The notes under the pieces were generated by a model, which did no database searches, was not told where the DNA came from, and saw nothing but the letters and a program-made list of their open reading frames with translations. Shown here piece by piece: positions 8,525 to 19,020 of a DNA stretch of 64,000 bases. Both the position numbers and the translations under genes were made by a program. The stretch is from contig JAVBWN010000030.1 in assembly GCA_036677365.1 (NCBI GenBank), forward strand, positions 32,001-96,000, written 5' to 3'. Positions within the stretch are counted from its first letter, which is position 1, and every line of letters starts with the position of its first letter. The DNA is from Acholeplasma sp. GTDB lineage: Bacteria > Bacillota_I > Bacilli_A > Acholeplasmatales > UBA5453.

Positions 8525-11026
8525 ATGAAGAGAAAACTCATTAAAGTAGCCATCCTATCGTTGCTGGCTTTAAGTAGTACACTGTTTGTTATTTCACAAG
8601 TTATGGGGTATCGTTCCGTTTATCAACCAAGACCTTCATATGATAAGACAGGTTTTGTTGATAAAGATGACTTTGTCGGAAATGACATAGTGCTCGAAAA
8701 TGCACAATTCAAGTGGACTTTGAATACAACCAATACAACATTTGAATTATTCGATAAAACGACGGCTCAAACATGGTACTCCAATCCACAACACGATACG
8801 TTACTCATTCCAGCCGATGCAAGAGAATTGTTCGTTTTATATTATGAACGGAAAATCGAAGCTTCCAAAAGGGTCAGCGTGAACGAGGAATCCATTCAAT
8901 ACAACCGATTTAGTTTTAGAGTCACTAACGACTCGGTTGAAGTCTTGTATAAAGTAGGTGGCAAACACAACATTTCAATGACCGATTTGCCACGACAAGT
9001 AGGGAAAGAAAAATTCGATGAAAAGATACTGATTCCACTAGAAGAAAAAGCAGAAACCAATTCAACCATTCGTAGACAGTTGAGTTTCTTGAAAGCACAA
9101 TTTAACTATGTGGAGGCGGAAAAAAGATTTTACCTCAAAACACTCACTTCACAAGATAGCATCGATATCGTTTACAACCTGATTTTCAATGAATCTTTAT
9201 ATACCCAAGAAGATTATGAAGAAGATGCACTCACTTATGGATTTGAAACATCCAAAGCATTACCATATTTTGAATTTTCAGTGAAATACGCATTAACCAA
9301 TACAGGATTCAAGACAACCCTCATCAACGACTCCATCGTAGAAAGTGAAGATTTTCCACTGGCATTTATCGATGTTTTACCGTTTTTCGGTGCTGGCAAT
9401 ATGGGGGACACTGGTTTCACAGTCATCCCAGATGGGTCGGGTATTTATGTTGATCACAATAATCAAAAATACAGTTCTACTGTATATGAAAAAAGAATAT
9501 ATGGGTCGGATTTATCGATAGGTAACGCACATGCTGTCAAACCAGACCAAGGCGAGAAAATTGGATTTCCAATGTATGGATATCAATTAAATGGGTATGC
9601 GTATTTCAATACGATTGAAGCTGGCGATGCCATGTCTACACTACGCGCAGGTTTCTTAACGGAATCCGCATCTGGAAGTTATGTACACAAAATACCTTAC
9701 GTACACTATCGATATGCGTTGAGAGAACGTGACGCGTTTATTTTCCAATCCTCGGCACAATCCCAACGTGTTACCTCCTATACCACAGATTACAATAAAC
9801 AAGATTTTGTTGCTTATTATCAGTTTTTACCAAATTCGAACGCGACATATTTCGATATCGCTAAAATGTACCAACAATACCTTGTTCACAGATTCGATTG
9901 GCAACCCATCCTGTCTCAGTACGGCACAGCCATCACGTTGTTGGGTGGTTATAAGGAAAAATCTTATGTTTTAGGCATTCCAACAACACGTGTTAAAGCA
10001 TTGACTTCCGTAGATGGTGTTATGAAAATCAAAGCAGCATTGATGGATAAAGGTATAGATGATTTGTCATTGACATATTTTGGTTTCTCAAATGATGGCA
10101 TCAAACCAACCGTGTATAAAGAACTGACTTATAATGACAAGGTTGCTACAGAAAAGCAATTAAAGAAGTTGATTAATTCACTCCATAGTCAAGACATTCC
10201 AATGTATTTGGAGTTCATGGCATCAGAAGCCTATACTAAACAGAATTTGAATTTAGATAAAGAAGTTTCACAAAACATTTTCCATAACCCTGTATATCGG
10301 TATCCCTATGACGAGGCAACATTTTTAGCTGATCGTACTCAGACCATCCGTTATATCTTAAATATCCCAACCCAGCAAAAAGTGCTCCATCAAATCGTGA
10401 AATCCACAGACCGACTCAATGCCAATATTGGGTTAGCTGACTTTGGAAGTCAGATAGCATCGAACCTACAAAAAGGCTCCATCATGTTTAGAAATGAAGT
10501 GGTTGCGATGCAAATTGAAATGCTTGAGCAGTTAAAAGATCAGCAATTACAATTACGTAACCCTAACCTATACGCATTGAACTATGCAGATAGCATTTTG
10601 GACCTAAGTGTTACGGGGACTCTTCACAAAATTGTGGATTATGACATACCATTCATTCAAATGGTTTTAAATGGATACTTTAATTATGCTGGGCCATCTA
10701 TTAATACCTATAATCAAAAAACTGTGAACTGGCATTTACTTAAGACCATTGAAACAGGGGCTAATGTACAATGGACATTTACCGAACGAAACACGATTGA
10801 CTTGGTCAAAACAGAGTATAACCATTTATATGCCACATATTATGCTTATTGGCTATCAGATGTTGAACGTATCCATGATGTTATAGCAGACCTCGGTATT
10901 ATGAATAAAAAAATTGTTAAGCATGAAGTGCTCAATCCGCAAGGATCATGGATTGAAGTGACATATGAAGGCAATTTGGTCATAAGAATTAATTATGAAA
11001 CAGAAAGCTTTGTGGTGGTATCATGA
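8525..11026 (+). CDS. DUF5696-like secreted/anchored protein (possible glycoside-hydrolase-like TIM barrel)
   Basis: N-terminal signal; WYSNP, VLPFFGAG...IPDGSG, IYGSD, IPFIQMVLNGY..YAG, WHLLKTIETGA, VTYEG..IRINY motifs recalled for this family; position after Yip1. Confidence 0.75.
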   Translation: MKRKLIKVAILSLLALSSTLFVISQVMGYRSVYQPRPSYDKTGFVDKDDFVGNDIVLENAQFKWTLNTTNTTFELFDKTTAQTWYSNPQHDTLLIPADARELFVLYYERKIEASKRVSVNEESIQYNRFSFRVTNDSVEVLYKVGGKHNISMTDLPRQVGKEKFDEKILIPLEEKAETNSTIRRQLSFLKAQFNYVEAEKRFYLKTLTSQDSIDIVYNLIFNESLYTQEDYEEDALTYGFETSKALPYFEFSVKYALTNTGFKTTLINDSIVESEDFPLAFIDVLPFFGAGNMGDTGFTVIPDGSGIYVDHNNQKYSSTVYEKRIYGSDLSIGNAHAVKPDQGEKIGFPMYGYQLNGYAYFNTIEAGDAMSTLRAGFLTESASGSYVHKIPYVHYRYALRERDAFIFQSSAQSQRVTSYTTDYNKQDFVAYYQFLPNSNATYFDIAKMYQQYLVHRFDWQPILSQYGTAITLLGGYKEKSYVLGIPTTRVKALTSVDGVMKIKAALMDKGIDDLSLTYFGFSNDGIKPTVYKELTYNDKVATEKQLKKLINSLHSQDIPMYLEFMASEAYTKQNLNLDKEVSQNIFHNPVYRYPYDEATFLADRTQTIRYILNIPTQQKVLHQIVKSTDRLNANIGLADFGSQIASNLQKGSIMFRNEVVAMQIEMLEQLKDQQLQLRNPNLYALNYADSILDLSVTGTLHKIVDYDIPFIQMVLNGYFNYAGPSINTYNQKTVNWHLLKTIETGANVQWTFTERNTIDLVKTEYNHLYATYYAYWLSDVERIHDVIADLGIMNKKIVKHEVLNPQGSWIEVTYEGNLVIRINYETESFVVVS

Positions 11027-12204
11027 AAAAACTAAAAAAGACATATTATGGTACAGAAGCCTTGTCGAAACAACGCATTAAAACCGAGAAAACCATCCTT
11101 CGCTTAAAATCAAACAATGCTACTTTTGAACAAGATATTCAAAATATGATGGCTAAAAACGAGCAAAAACATATTCGAAAGATTGTAAAACTCGCAGACC
11201 AAGTTCAGAAGAATAAAATCCGATTAACTAGACTTGAGGCTCGAATACATCAGATTGATGCTGGAAGTTTGGAAAAAGAGTCACTCTATCAACGTTACCG
11301 ATTATGGTTCTCAAATATACCATATCGAAAACAAAAATACATTTGGGGGATTGTGTTTACAGTGCCTTGGATGTTGGGTATGGCACTGTTCTTTTTACCC
11401 TCCTTCATTAAATCGATTTGGTGGAGCTTCAATCAAGTAGTACCCACCTCTAGTGGTTTAACCATCACATTTAATGGAATTGCGAACTATATTGAACTCT
11501 TTAGAAGTTACGTCATTGACGGTAATAACGTATTTTCCGTTCAATTATATTTATTCATTCAAAATTTACTCATTGACCTACCCATCATTTTGATATTTTC
11601 AATCTTGATTGCAACATTCTTAAACAAACCATTTAAAGGTCATAAGTGGATTAAAGCGATTTTCTTTATTCCTGTAATCTACAACTTTACACTGATCTCA
11701 GATACACTATCTAAAGGTTTTGGTCAATACATCGATGCTTCAACTGGGGCCGATCAAATGTTTGTCCAACAACTTGCAGGGTTCTTCATGGATATTGGGA
11801 TCGGCAACAGTTTGATGTCAATCGTAATGAATGCAGTCGATCGCATTTTCATGATTGTGAATTTATCCGGCATCCAAATTCTCATTTTTATCGCAGCCAT
11901 TCAATCCATTCCAAACCAATTATATGAGGCAGCCAAAATGGAAGGTGCAACTAAGTATGAGATATTTTGGAAGATTACCATAGCGATGATTACCCCTTTG
12001 ATTTTGACAGCAGCAGTATTTACGGTAGTGGATTCCTTCACCAGAGCACCGATTTATCGATTTTTGGATTATGCGATGACACAAAATAGATACGGTTTAG
12101 CAGCCACCATATCTGTGAGTTATTTTGCCATCAATGTCACCATCATTGGTTTAGTATTTTTAGCGATGAAAGGCAGGGTGTTCTATTACGATGACCGCAA
12201 ATAA
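11023..12204 (+). CDS. Carbohydrate ABC permease (MalF type) with about 100-aa charged N-terminal extension
   Basis: LYEAAKMEGATKYEIFWKIT EAA loop; ATGA overlap. Confidence 0.92.
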   Translation: MKKLKKTYYGTEALSKQRIKTEKTILRLKSNNATFEQDIQNMMAKNEQKHIRKIVKLADQVQKNKIRLTRLEARIHQIDAGSLEKESLYQRYRLWFSNIPYRKQKYIWGIVFTVPWMLGMALFFLPSFIKSIWWSFNQVVPTSSGLTITFNGIANYIELFRSYVIDGNNVFSVQLYLFIQNLLIDLPIILIFSILIATFLNKPFKGHKWIKAIFFIPVIYNFTLISDTLSKGFGQYIDASTGADQMFVQQLAGFFMDIGIGNSLMSIVMNAVDRIFMIVNLSGIQILIFIAAIQSIPNQLYEAAKMEGATKYEIFWKITIAMITPLILTAAVFTVVDSFTRAPIYRFLDYAMTQNRYGLAATISVSYFAINVTIIGLVFLAMKGRVFYYDDRK

Positions 12205-13234
12205 AACACAATTCCTCAATCAAACATTTCAAAAACTGAAACAAGCATCCATCAAAGTTTATGATAAAAAGCTAAGTACTAGCTACAAGCGGACCATGAC
12301 TTTTGAAAGTATTTTGGCTTGGTTTGCTTTGATGGTCAAATATTTCTTACTTTATGGGCTGGCATTCATCATATTGTATCCACTAATACAGCAGATTGCG
12401 ATTGCGCTAAGAGCACCTGAAGACATCAATAATCCATTGGTTTTATGGATTCCTGAAACATTTTCTTGGATGAATTTTAGGATTTCAGCGATTGTATTGG
12501 ATTATTGGAATGCATTGAAGAATTCGATTATGCTTTCTGGTATTGTCACCTTATTACAATTGCTGTGTACGGCACTGGCAGGGTATGCTTTTGCAAGACT
12601 AAAATTTAAAGGACAAAAGATTTTATTTGGGTTGGTTTTAACGACCATCATCGTTGCACCGAGTACAATCGAACTACCACTTAAAATCACGTTAATGAAT
12701 TTTTTAGGCACAGGACAATCCTTGTTAGGAACACCAATGATTTTGTATATTTTCGCCGCTACAGGTATGGGCATAAAGTCAGGGATATTCATATACCTAT
12801 TTAGACAGTTTTTCAGGGGTATCCCAGAAGAATTAGAAGAAGCTGCCCATGTTGATGGCGCAAACCCGATTCAAGTATTTTTTAGGGTCATGTTGCCAAA
12901 CGCGAGGGGTGCGATGGTTTTAGTTGGCATATTGACATTCGTTTGGCAATGGAATGATGCTTATTTTACAGCCAACTTTGTCTCAAAAATCAATAGCGAT
13001 TTTGCGACTTTGACTACCAAAATGATGTCTATTCGAAATGCCATACAAGGTGCGATTCAACAGGCAGGTGTATGGCAATTATTCGATCAAGATGTCACAC
13101 AAAATCCATTATTTACATCCATGGTACTCAATACCAGTGCGATGTTATCCATGATTCCATTATTGATTTTTTACTTATTGGTTCAAAAAGTATTATTCAC
13201 CGAAGGTATTGAACGCAGTGGCCTTGTAGGCTAG
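12191..13234 (+). CDS. Carbohydrate ABC permease (MalG type)
   Basis: AGYAFARLKFKG; IPEELEEAAHVDGA; FVWQWND. Confidence 0.95.
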   Translation: MTANKTQFLNQTFQKLKQASIKVYDKKLSTSYKRTMTFESILAWFALMVKYFLLYGLAFIILYPLIQQIAIALRAPEDINNPLVLWIPETFSWMNFRISAIVLDYWNALKNSIMLSGIVTLLQLLCTALAGYAFARLKFKGQKILFGLVLTTIIVAPSTIELPLKITLMNFLGTGQSLLGTPMILYIFAATGMGIKSGIFIYLFRQFFRGIPEELEEAAHVDGANPIQVFFRVMLPNARGAMVLVGILTFVWQWNDAYFTANFVSKINSDFATLTTKMMSIRNAIQGAIQQAGVWQLFDQDVTQNPLFTSMVLNTSAMLSMIPLLIFYLLVQKVLFTEGIERSGLVG

Positions 13235-13260
13235 TTTAAGATAAGAAAGGGAGAACAAAC

Positions 13261-14745
13261 ATGAAAAAGATTATTGCTTTAATGTCATTTGTAGTCATGG
13301 TTTTCGTTTTGGTCGGTTGTGGTACAACCAAACCCAATCCAAATCCGAATCCCAACCCAAATCCGGATCCGGATCCCGTAGAAAAGACTTACGATTTAGG
13401 TGGTATTGATTTCGTCATTATGTGCGACTTGGCTGCAAAATGTGACCCAAGAAGTGCGTCATATGAACGCCTATTCAAACAAGAAAAAGTCGATAAAATC
13501 ACAGCAGTAGAAGAAAAATACAATGTTAAGGTTGTATTTAGAAATTACCCTACCAACGCTTCATGGGGTGGTGCACGCGAACGCTATATCATCGAAGAAT
13601 CCGCATTGAAAACACAAGCGGTTCATGTGTATGAAATCATTTCAACCTCAATTCCTAATTTGGCTCAACAAGGGGCGATTGTGGCACTAGATGATTATAT
13701 TGATGCTTATGGATCAGACTTATTCTGGCCAGAAAAGAAAGCCTATGGTGAGGTTAAAGGCAAACATTATGGTTACGATGACCAATATCCAATCGCTGAC
13801 AAGGGCTTATACTATAATATTGATTTACTTGCACGTGTACTAGGTGAATCCAGAAAAAATGAACCTGCACAACTTTGGGCAGATGGTAATTGGAACTGGT
13901 CAACATTCAGTGCACTTGCCAATGAATTAAAATCAAAATTAGACCACACCAGAACAGATGAAAACGGTGGGGCACAATATGTATTTGGCGGTAGAACATA
14001 CAACTGGGCTTATGGTTTTATTGGTGCGAACGGTGGTCAACTTGTTGATGCGCAATTTAAGACACATTTAACTTCTCAGCCTGTACTCGATACACTCGAA
14101 TACTTAGCCGGTTTATATGCAGTTGAAGGCATGTGGATTGATAATGCCAATTTATCGAATACTTCACAACCACAATTCACTGCAGGTAATGTGGTATTCC
14201 AAGATGGTGAATCTTGGCATATCAACGCATCGAACAAATGGGGGAGTGCAAATTTCAAAATCGATTATGTGCCATACCCTGTAGGTCCGAATGTGGGTTC
14301 CGATATGTCAAAATATAAAGTGCTTCAAGTAGGTGGGAAATCCACACATGTCATCTCATCCTCATTCTCAAAAGCAGATATACCAGCGGGATATGAAGAT
14401 TTGATGATCCACGATGAAATCATTTTCAAAATATGGGCAGACATGCAATATTTCCCAGAAACAATCGAACAAATCCAAGATGATTTCTACAATGTTCGTC
14501 TGTTAGCAAACTACACAACCGAGCTTTCTAGAAATATACATTTAGATCTAATTAGTATCACAAAACCAGATTATTTTTACAGTGTGATTGAGTCTCAAGC
14601 ACAAACCGATACATCCTTTATGATCATGATTCAACAATCCATTCGTCAAGCAGAAGTACGTTCAATTATGACTTCAACCGAAGCCAATTTACGAGCATTA
14701 CTACAAGAACGTTACAATTTAGGCGAAGGATACTACAACCAATAA
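13261..14745 (+). CDS. Lipoprotein carbohydrate ABC substrate-binding protein
   Basis: Lipobox LVGC, Pro-Asn/Asp linker, VEEKYNVKV, LYYNIDL, WNWSTF, VPYPVGP. Confidence 0.88.
   Translation: MKKIIALMSFVVMVFVLVGCGTTKPNPNPNPNPNPDPDPVEKTYDLGGIDFVIMCDLAAKCDPRSASYERLFKQEKVDKITAVEEKYNVKVVFRNYPTNASWGGARERYIIEESALKTQAVHVYEIISTSIPNLAQQGAIVALDDYIDAYGSDLFWPEKKAYGEVKGKHYGYDDQYPIADKGLYYNIDLLARVLGESRKNEPAQLWADGNWNWSTFSALANELKSKLDHTRTDENGGAQYVFGGRTYNWAYGFIGANGGQLVDAQFKTHLTSQPVLDTLEYLAGLYAVEGMWIDNANLSNTSQPQFTAGNVVFQDGESWHINASNKWGSANFKIDYVPYPVGPNVGSDMSKYKVLQVGGKSTHVISSSFSKADIPAGYEDLMIHDEIIFKIWADMQYFPETIEQIQDDFYNVRLLANYTTELSRNIHLDLISITKPDYFYSVIESQAQTDTSFMIMIQQSIRQAEVRSIMTSTEANLRALLQERYNLGEGYYNQ
13333..13377 (+). 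repeat. Coding hexamer repeat giving (PN)5(PD)2P lipoprotein linker
   Basis: cccaatccaaatccgaatcccaacccaaatccggatccggatccc; wobble positions vary. Confidence 0.85.
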
Positions 14746-14752
14746 TAAAAGA

Positions 14753-14790
14753 AAGCGTCAAAGTAAGTCGCTTTGACGCTTATCTTTGTG
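14753..14790 (+). terminator. Hairpin after the SBP gene (attenuating terminator or mRNA stabiliser)
   Basis: AAGCGTCAAAG-taagtcg-CTTTGACGCTT with a weak U tract. Confidence 0.65.
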
Positions 14791-14809
14791 TTTAAACAGT
14801 GAGGACAAA

Positions 14810-15394
14810 ATGAAAAAAGTCGTTTTTATGGGTGACTCGATCACCGCAGGATTCAAACAACTCAATGCATTTCCAAATATTAAGAACATGGGTGTTGGCG
14901 GATACAAATCAACAGAACTCATTCCACTCGTAAAAGAACTCCGGCTTGAACAACCTGAGGTATTGTTTCTCATGATTGGAATCAATGATTTCTTGTGTAA
15001 TAAACGTTTTTGGCCACATGGATACACCATACCATTTGAAAAAACGTACGACACATTATTAGATCTTATTACAACCAATTTACCGAGAACAAAAATCTAC
15101 TTATCCTCTATCCTACCGATGCGTGGTAGAAGTGAAGGTCTCTTAGTAGAAAGAAATGTCAAAGTTTTTAATCAAGAAATCGACGTCATTAACCAGTTCA
15201 TACATCAAAAATCAAAAGCCTATAAATGCCATTTTTTAAACTTAAATGCTGTATTTAAACAGGATGGTTTATTAAATGAAACTTATACCATCGATGGTAT
15301 TCACTTATCCGAGATTGGCTATGAAGTCTATCTGAGCTGTTTGAAAAACATTGAACCCGAACTATTTAAAGACAAAGGTAAGGAGTTAATATGA
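14810..15394 (+). CDS. SGNH/GDSL-family esterase
   Basis: Blocks VFMGDSIT, NMGVGG, MIGIND, DGIHL; GAGG RBS before ATG 14810. Confidence 0.92.
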   Translation: MKKVVFMGDSITAGFKQLNAFPNIKNMGVGGYKSTELIPLVKELRLEQPEVLFLMIGINDFLCNKRFWPHGYTIPFEKTYDTLLDLITTNLPRTKIYLSSILPMRGRSEGLLVERNVKVFNQEIDVINQFIHQKSKAYKCHFLNLNAVFKQDGLLNETYTIDGIHLSEIGYEVYLSCLKNIEPELFKDKGKELI

Positions 15395-16767
15395 AAAAAA
15401 CATTATCTATTTTCATGATCATCGTATTAATGATGGGCATCGTTGGGTGTCAAAATCAACCAAACATTGATCCTACACCCACACCAGATCCTGATGAAGA
15501 AAAACTATTAAACGACAAAATCGCACCGATACTTTCATTTTTGGATGCATCCAAACGAAATGTATCTGTCCCTCAGAATGGAGAATTCAATATTTTCGAA
15601 GGGTTACGTGCCATCGATAACCTTGAAGGCGATATTTCAAGCAAAATTGAAGTAGATGCTGTTGGATTTGATATCACAACGCCAGGGACTTATGAAGTCA
15701 TTTTCTTTGTCACAGATCGTGCTGGGAATGCATCGAATTTTTTATCCAAATTCATTACCGTAACCCCGGTTTATGAGATACTTGCTAGGTATCCAATTTA
15801 TACAGAAGTCATCATGAATGAAGCCTCAGCACCCACACCACCTTCATGTTTTCAGGGGGCATATTATCATAAAGTATTTTCCTCAAAAGATTACTGGACG
15901 GGTATTGAGGCAGAGGTTACTCTACCAATGCCAGACATTAATCGTTATGATGCAGCCTATAATGATTCGTTAGATATTGACCCAAATGCTAGAAATTTGG
16001 ACAATCCATCGTTATATATGGGTGGTCATGCAATGACTGAATCCGATGTGGGTTTATCTTTAAAAACCGCACTTTTCAAAAATAATTCTGGTGTTTCTGC
16101 CATCTCTGTAGGTTCATACGCATTCCGTCCATTTTGGCGTTACATTACCACACATAGTTATGATGCTGGGTCATACGATCGACCAAATGGTCGCTTCTAT
16201 AGCGTATCTTGCACCGGCAGTGGAACCACAAAGAACTGTATCGCAAACTGGGATTTTCAAGATACGCAGTATTATTACCTACCTGGTGATAAAGTGAGAA
16301 TGATTATCTATTCACCAAAGCCAAACTGGTTACAACTTCAAATTGAATTAATAGAAGCGTCTACACTGCCGTATTCAGTGGGTGTTAGAACATTCAATGG
16401 TTGGAAACAACCAGAATCCTTCATATCCCCAATTTTTCCTAGTTCTGGACACGGCGATATGAAAGCTGAGTTCAAGCGTGTGAACGCAATAGATCAAGTT
16501 GCCAATGAGGGGAAGCCTGCGCATGCATCCACAACTGTAGTACGTGAGGCCATTTGGCATAATACCTATTTGTACCGTAAAATAAATGGTGTAAACCATC
16601 GCGTGCCGATGAATATGTCACGCGCAGCTGTGATGAATTGCCCATTACCTACCCAATTTGTAAGTTCTGGGATAGATGCATTGACTGGTGGGGAAACCGT
16701 AAGTATTTATGCTGCCGGGGCACCCACAATGGCGTTGCCAATCGATCCATATAAAAGAAAAGATTAA
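15391..16767 (+). CDS. Lipoprotein with Ig-like (DUF5011-type) stalk and uncharacterised YncM/YrpD-like domain
   Basis: Lipobox IVGC; PTPTPDPD linker; AIDNLEGDISSKI...PGTYEVIFFVTDRAGN Ig-like motif; C-terminal domain paralogous to 21303..22298. Confidence 0.7.
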   Translation: MKKTLSIFMIIVLMMGIVGCQNQPNIDPTPTPDPDEEKLLNDKIAPILSFLDASKRNVSVPQNGEFNIFEGLRAIDNLEGDISSKIEVDAVGFDITTPGTYEVIFFVTDRAGNASNFLSKFITVTPVYEILARYPIYTEVIMNEASAPTPPSCFQGAYYHKVFSSKDYWTGIEAEVTLPMPDINRYDAAYNDSLDIDPNARNLDNPSLYMGGHAMTESDVGLSLKTALFKNNSGVSAISVGSYAFRPFWRYITTHSYDAGSYDRPNGRFYSVSCTGSGTTKNCIANWDFQDTQYYYLPGDKVRMIIYSPKPNWLQLQIELIEASTLPYSVGVRTFNGWKQPESFISPIFPSSGHGDMKAEFKRVNAIDQVANEGKPAHASTTVVREAIWHNTYLYRKINGVNHRVPMNMSRAAVMNCPLPTQFVSSGIDALTGGETVSIYAAGAPTMALPIDPYKRKD

Positions 16768-16778
16768 CAGAGGTCTAT

Positions 16779-18293
16779 ATGAAAAAAATAGCAGTTCTAC
16801 CTTTAGATGAAAGACCATGCAATTATCGATTTAATCAATTGCTTATTCAAGGCACACCTTATGAAGTTATTTCTCCAGACATTTCAATACTCGGCAACAA
16901 AAAGCAAAAAGGCCATTTGGACAAGATAGCAAATTGGCTTCTTCAAATCGCAAGCACTGTCGATGGCATCGTTTGTGCTGTAGATACACTTGTTTATGGC
17001 GGTATTGTGCCATCGAGATTGCACCATGATGACACAGAAACATTGCTAAATAGATTACATGTACTGAGAAACATTAAAAACCGATACCCCAAATTGAAGT
17101 TATTTGCTTATAACTTGATCATGCGAAATCCGAAATATTCAAGTTCAGAAGAGGAACCTGATTATTATGAGCAATGGGGGCGAGAAATCCACTTATATGG
17201 TGTATATGAGCACAAACAATCCTTACAACAATTGTCACCAGCTGATCAAACACATTTCGAACACATCAAATCAACGATAGATAAAGCAGCGCTCAATGAT
17301 TACCTTATACGTCGTCAACAAAACATTGAAGTCAACTTGGCATTCCTAGAAATGATTAAGGATGGCACGATTGATTTTGGAATCGTTCCTCAAGACGATT
17401 CAAGTCCGTATGGGCTTACCGCGATTGATCAAAAAATCATCCGTAGACGCATCAAAGAACTCAACATTGAACTCAAATGTTACATGTACCCTGGTGCAGA
17501 TGAGGTAACCAATGTTTTATTGGTTAGAATGGTCAATTTTTATCAAAACATCAAACCAAAGTTTTACATTCATTATGCTTCAATTACTGGTGGACAACAA
17601 ATCCCACTCTATGAAGATCGACTACTTCATGAAACAGTCAAGTATCAAATCTTAGCGGCTGGCGGATGCATTGTATCTTCCATGAATGAAGCCGATTTAA
17701 TGTTAATGATCAATGTTCCATCAGGAAACATGAAAGAAGCATCAAACCAACATGAAGCCAGTTTAGAGTATGATGCTTTTAGAAACTTGATAGAATACGT
17801 TGAACTCGCAAACTATGGCATTGAAATGGGGAAAAACGTCATTATTGCCGATGTGGCCTATGCCAACGGTGGGGATTTGAACTTACTCAAATTGTTACGA
17901 CAAAAAGGCATCTTATACAAGGTATCTGCTTATGCTGGATGGAATACTTCATCCAACACGTTGGGTACATGTATCCCACAAGGGGTTTTGGATTTTATTT
18001 TCCCCAACAGGTCAAACAACCTTGATTTTTTAGCACTTAGATATGTGGAAGATTTTGGGTATTGCTCTATTGTAAGGAAATCCATCGCTGACCATTTAGT
18101 TTTGCCAAACCATTATTTCTTGTTGGATGGCAAACGTGGTCAAGTCGTAAACCAAATTCGTGAAGCTTTGCAAACATTTATCAATCAAGAACTCAACACA
18201 GAGGGTGTGTTTATCGTCTTAGATGATGTCTACTCACCATGGAATCGAATGTTTGAAACGGGGCTTGAAGTACATGTCGATCAAAATCAGTGA
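16779..18293 (+). CDS. DUF4127 family protein
   Basis: PLDERPCN, DTLVYGGIVPSR, QDD, PGADE, DVAYANGGD, YAGWNTSSNTLG motifs. Confidence 0.85.
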   Translation: MKKIAVLPLDERPCNYRFNQLLIQGTPYEVISPDISILGNKKQKGHLDKIANWLLQIASTVDGIVCAVDTLVYGGIVPSRLHHDDTETLLNRLHVLRNIKNRYPKLKLFAYNLIMRNPKYSSSEEEPDYYEQWGREIHLYGVYEHKQSLQQLSPADQTHFEHIKSTIDKAALNDYLIRRQQNIEVNLAFLEMIKDGTIDFGIVPQDDSSPYGLTAIDQKIIRRRIKELNIELKCYMYPGADEVTNVLLVRMVNFYQNIKPKFYIHYASITGGQQIPLYEDRLLHETVKYQILAAGGCIVSSMNEADLMLMINVPSGNMKEASNQHEASLEYDAFRNLIEYVELANYGIEMGKNVIIADVAYANGGDLNLLKLLRQKGILYKVSAYAGWNTSSNTLGTCIPQGVLDFIFPNRSNNLDFLALRYVEDFGYCSIVRKSIADHLVLPNHYFLLDGKRGQVVNQIREALQTFINQELNTEGVFIVLDDVYSPWNRMFETGLEVHVDQNQ

Positions 18294-19020
18294 TCATCTA
18301 TTCGATGGGGTACCGTGTACCATCTATCAAAAAGAAGATTCAAAAACCAAACCTTTGATTTATTTTTTCCACGGATTCACAGGCAATAAAGATGCCAATA
18401 TCATGGGACGCGGGGAAGTACTCGCTGAACTTGGGTTTTGTGTCGTTGCCATCGATGCGTACTTACATGGACAACGCATGAGTATTCTTGAACGTCACCG
18501 TTCGAATATTGATAAATATCAAGACATCATTGAAATTGTTATACACACGGCACAGGATGCAAAACGTTTATTTGACAAGTACTTCAAGTACATGCCGAAT
18601 ATTCAGCCAGAAGTATATTATGCTTATGGTGTGTCTATGGGCAGTTTAACAGCATTCTATTTAGCCACGATTGACGAAGCATTAAAAGCAATGGTCGGAC
18701 TTGTATGTACCCCATCTTTTGTCGAATATTATCGTGACAAAGCGTCTTTATATGGCTTCAATACAGGTTTCTTTTATGAAAGAAAGTTAGCTTGGTACCA
18801 ACCCATTGACCCAATGAACCAGTTGGATAAATTAAAACATAAACGGATTTTTATGGGGATTGGCATACACGATGATGTTGTAAATCCAAAATATGCAAAA
18901 AATCTCCACGAACTGCTGCCTGAAACCATCCTGAAATCGTATGAAACCGGTCACGTTTCAACCCCGGAAATGCTTGAAGATAGTTATCGCTTCTTAAAAC
19001 TAGAGGTTTTCCATGATTGA
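18274..19020 (+). CDS. Alpha/beta hydrolase (YjfP/YitV-like esterase)
   Basis: FHGF, DAYLHGQR, nucleophile elbow GVSMG, DDVV, ETGH; start codon uncertain. Confidence 0.85.
   Translation: MSIKISDHLFDGVPCTIYQKEDSKTKPLIYFFHGFTGNKDANIMGRGEVLAELGFCVVAIDAYLHGQRMSILERHRSNIDKYQDIIEIVIHTAQDAKRLFDKYFKYMPNIQPEVYYAYGVSMGSLTAFYLATIDEALKAMVGLVCTPSFVEYYRDKASLYGFNTGFFYERKLAWYQPIDPMNQLDKLKHKRIFMGIGIHDDVVNPKYAKNLHELLPETILKSYETGHVSTPEMLEDSYRFLKLEVFHD

Noticed and set aside
13333..13377. Hexamer repeat as a phase-variation tract
   Set aside because: Unit length is a multiple of 3 with varied wobble bases; an ordinary Pro-rich linker.
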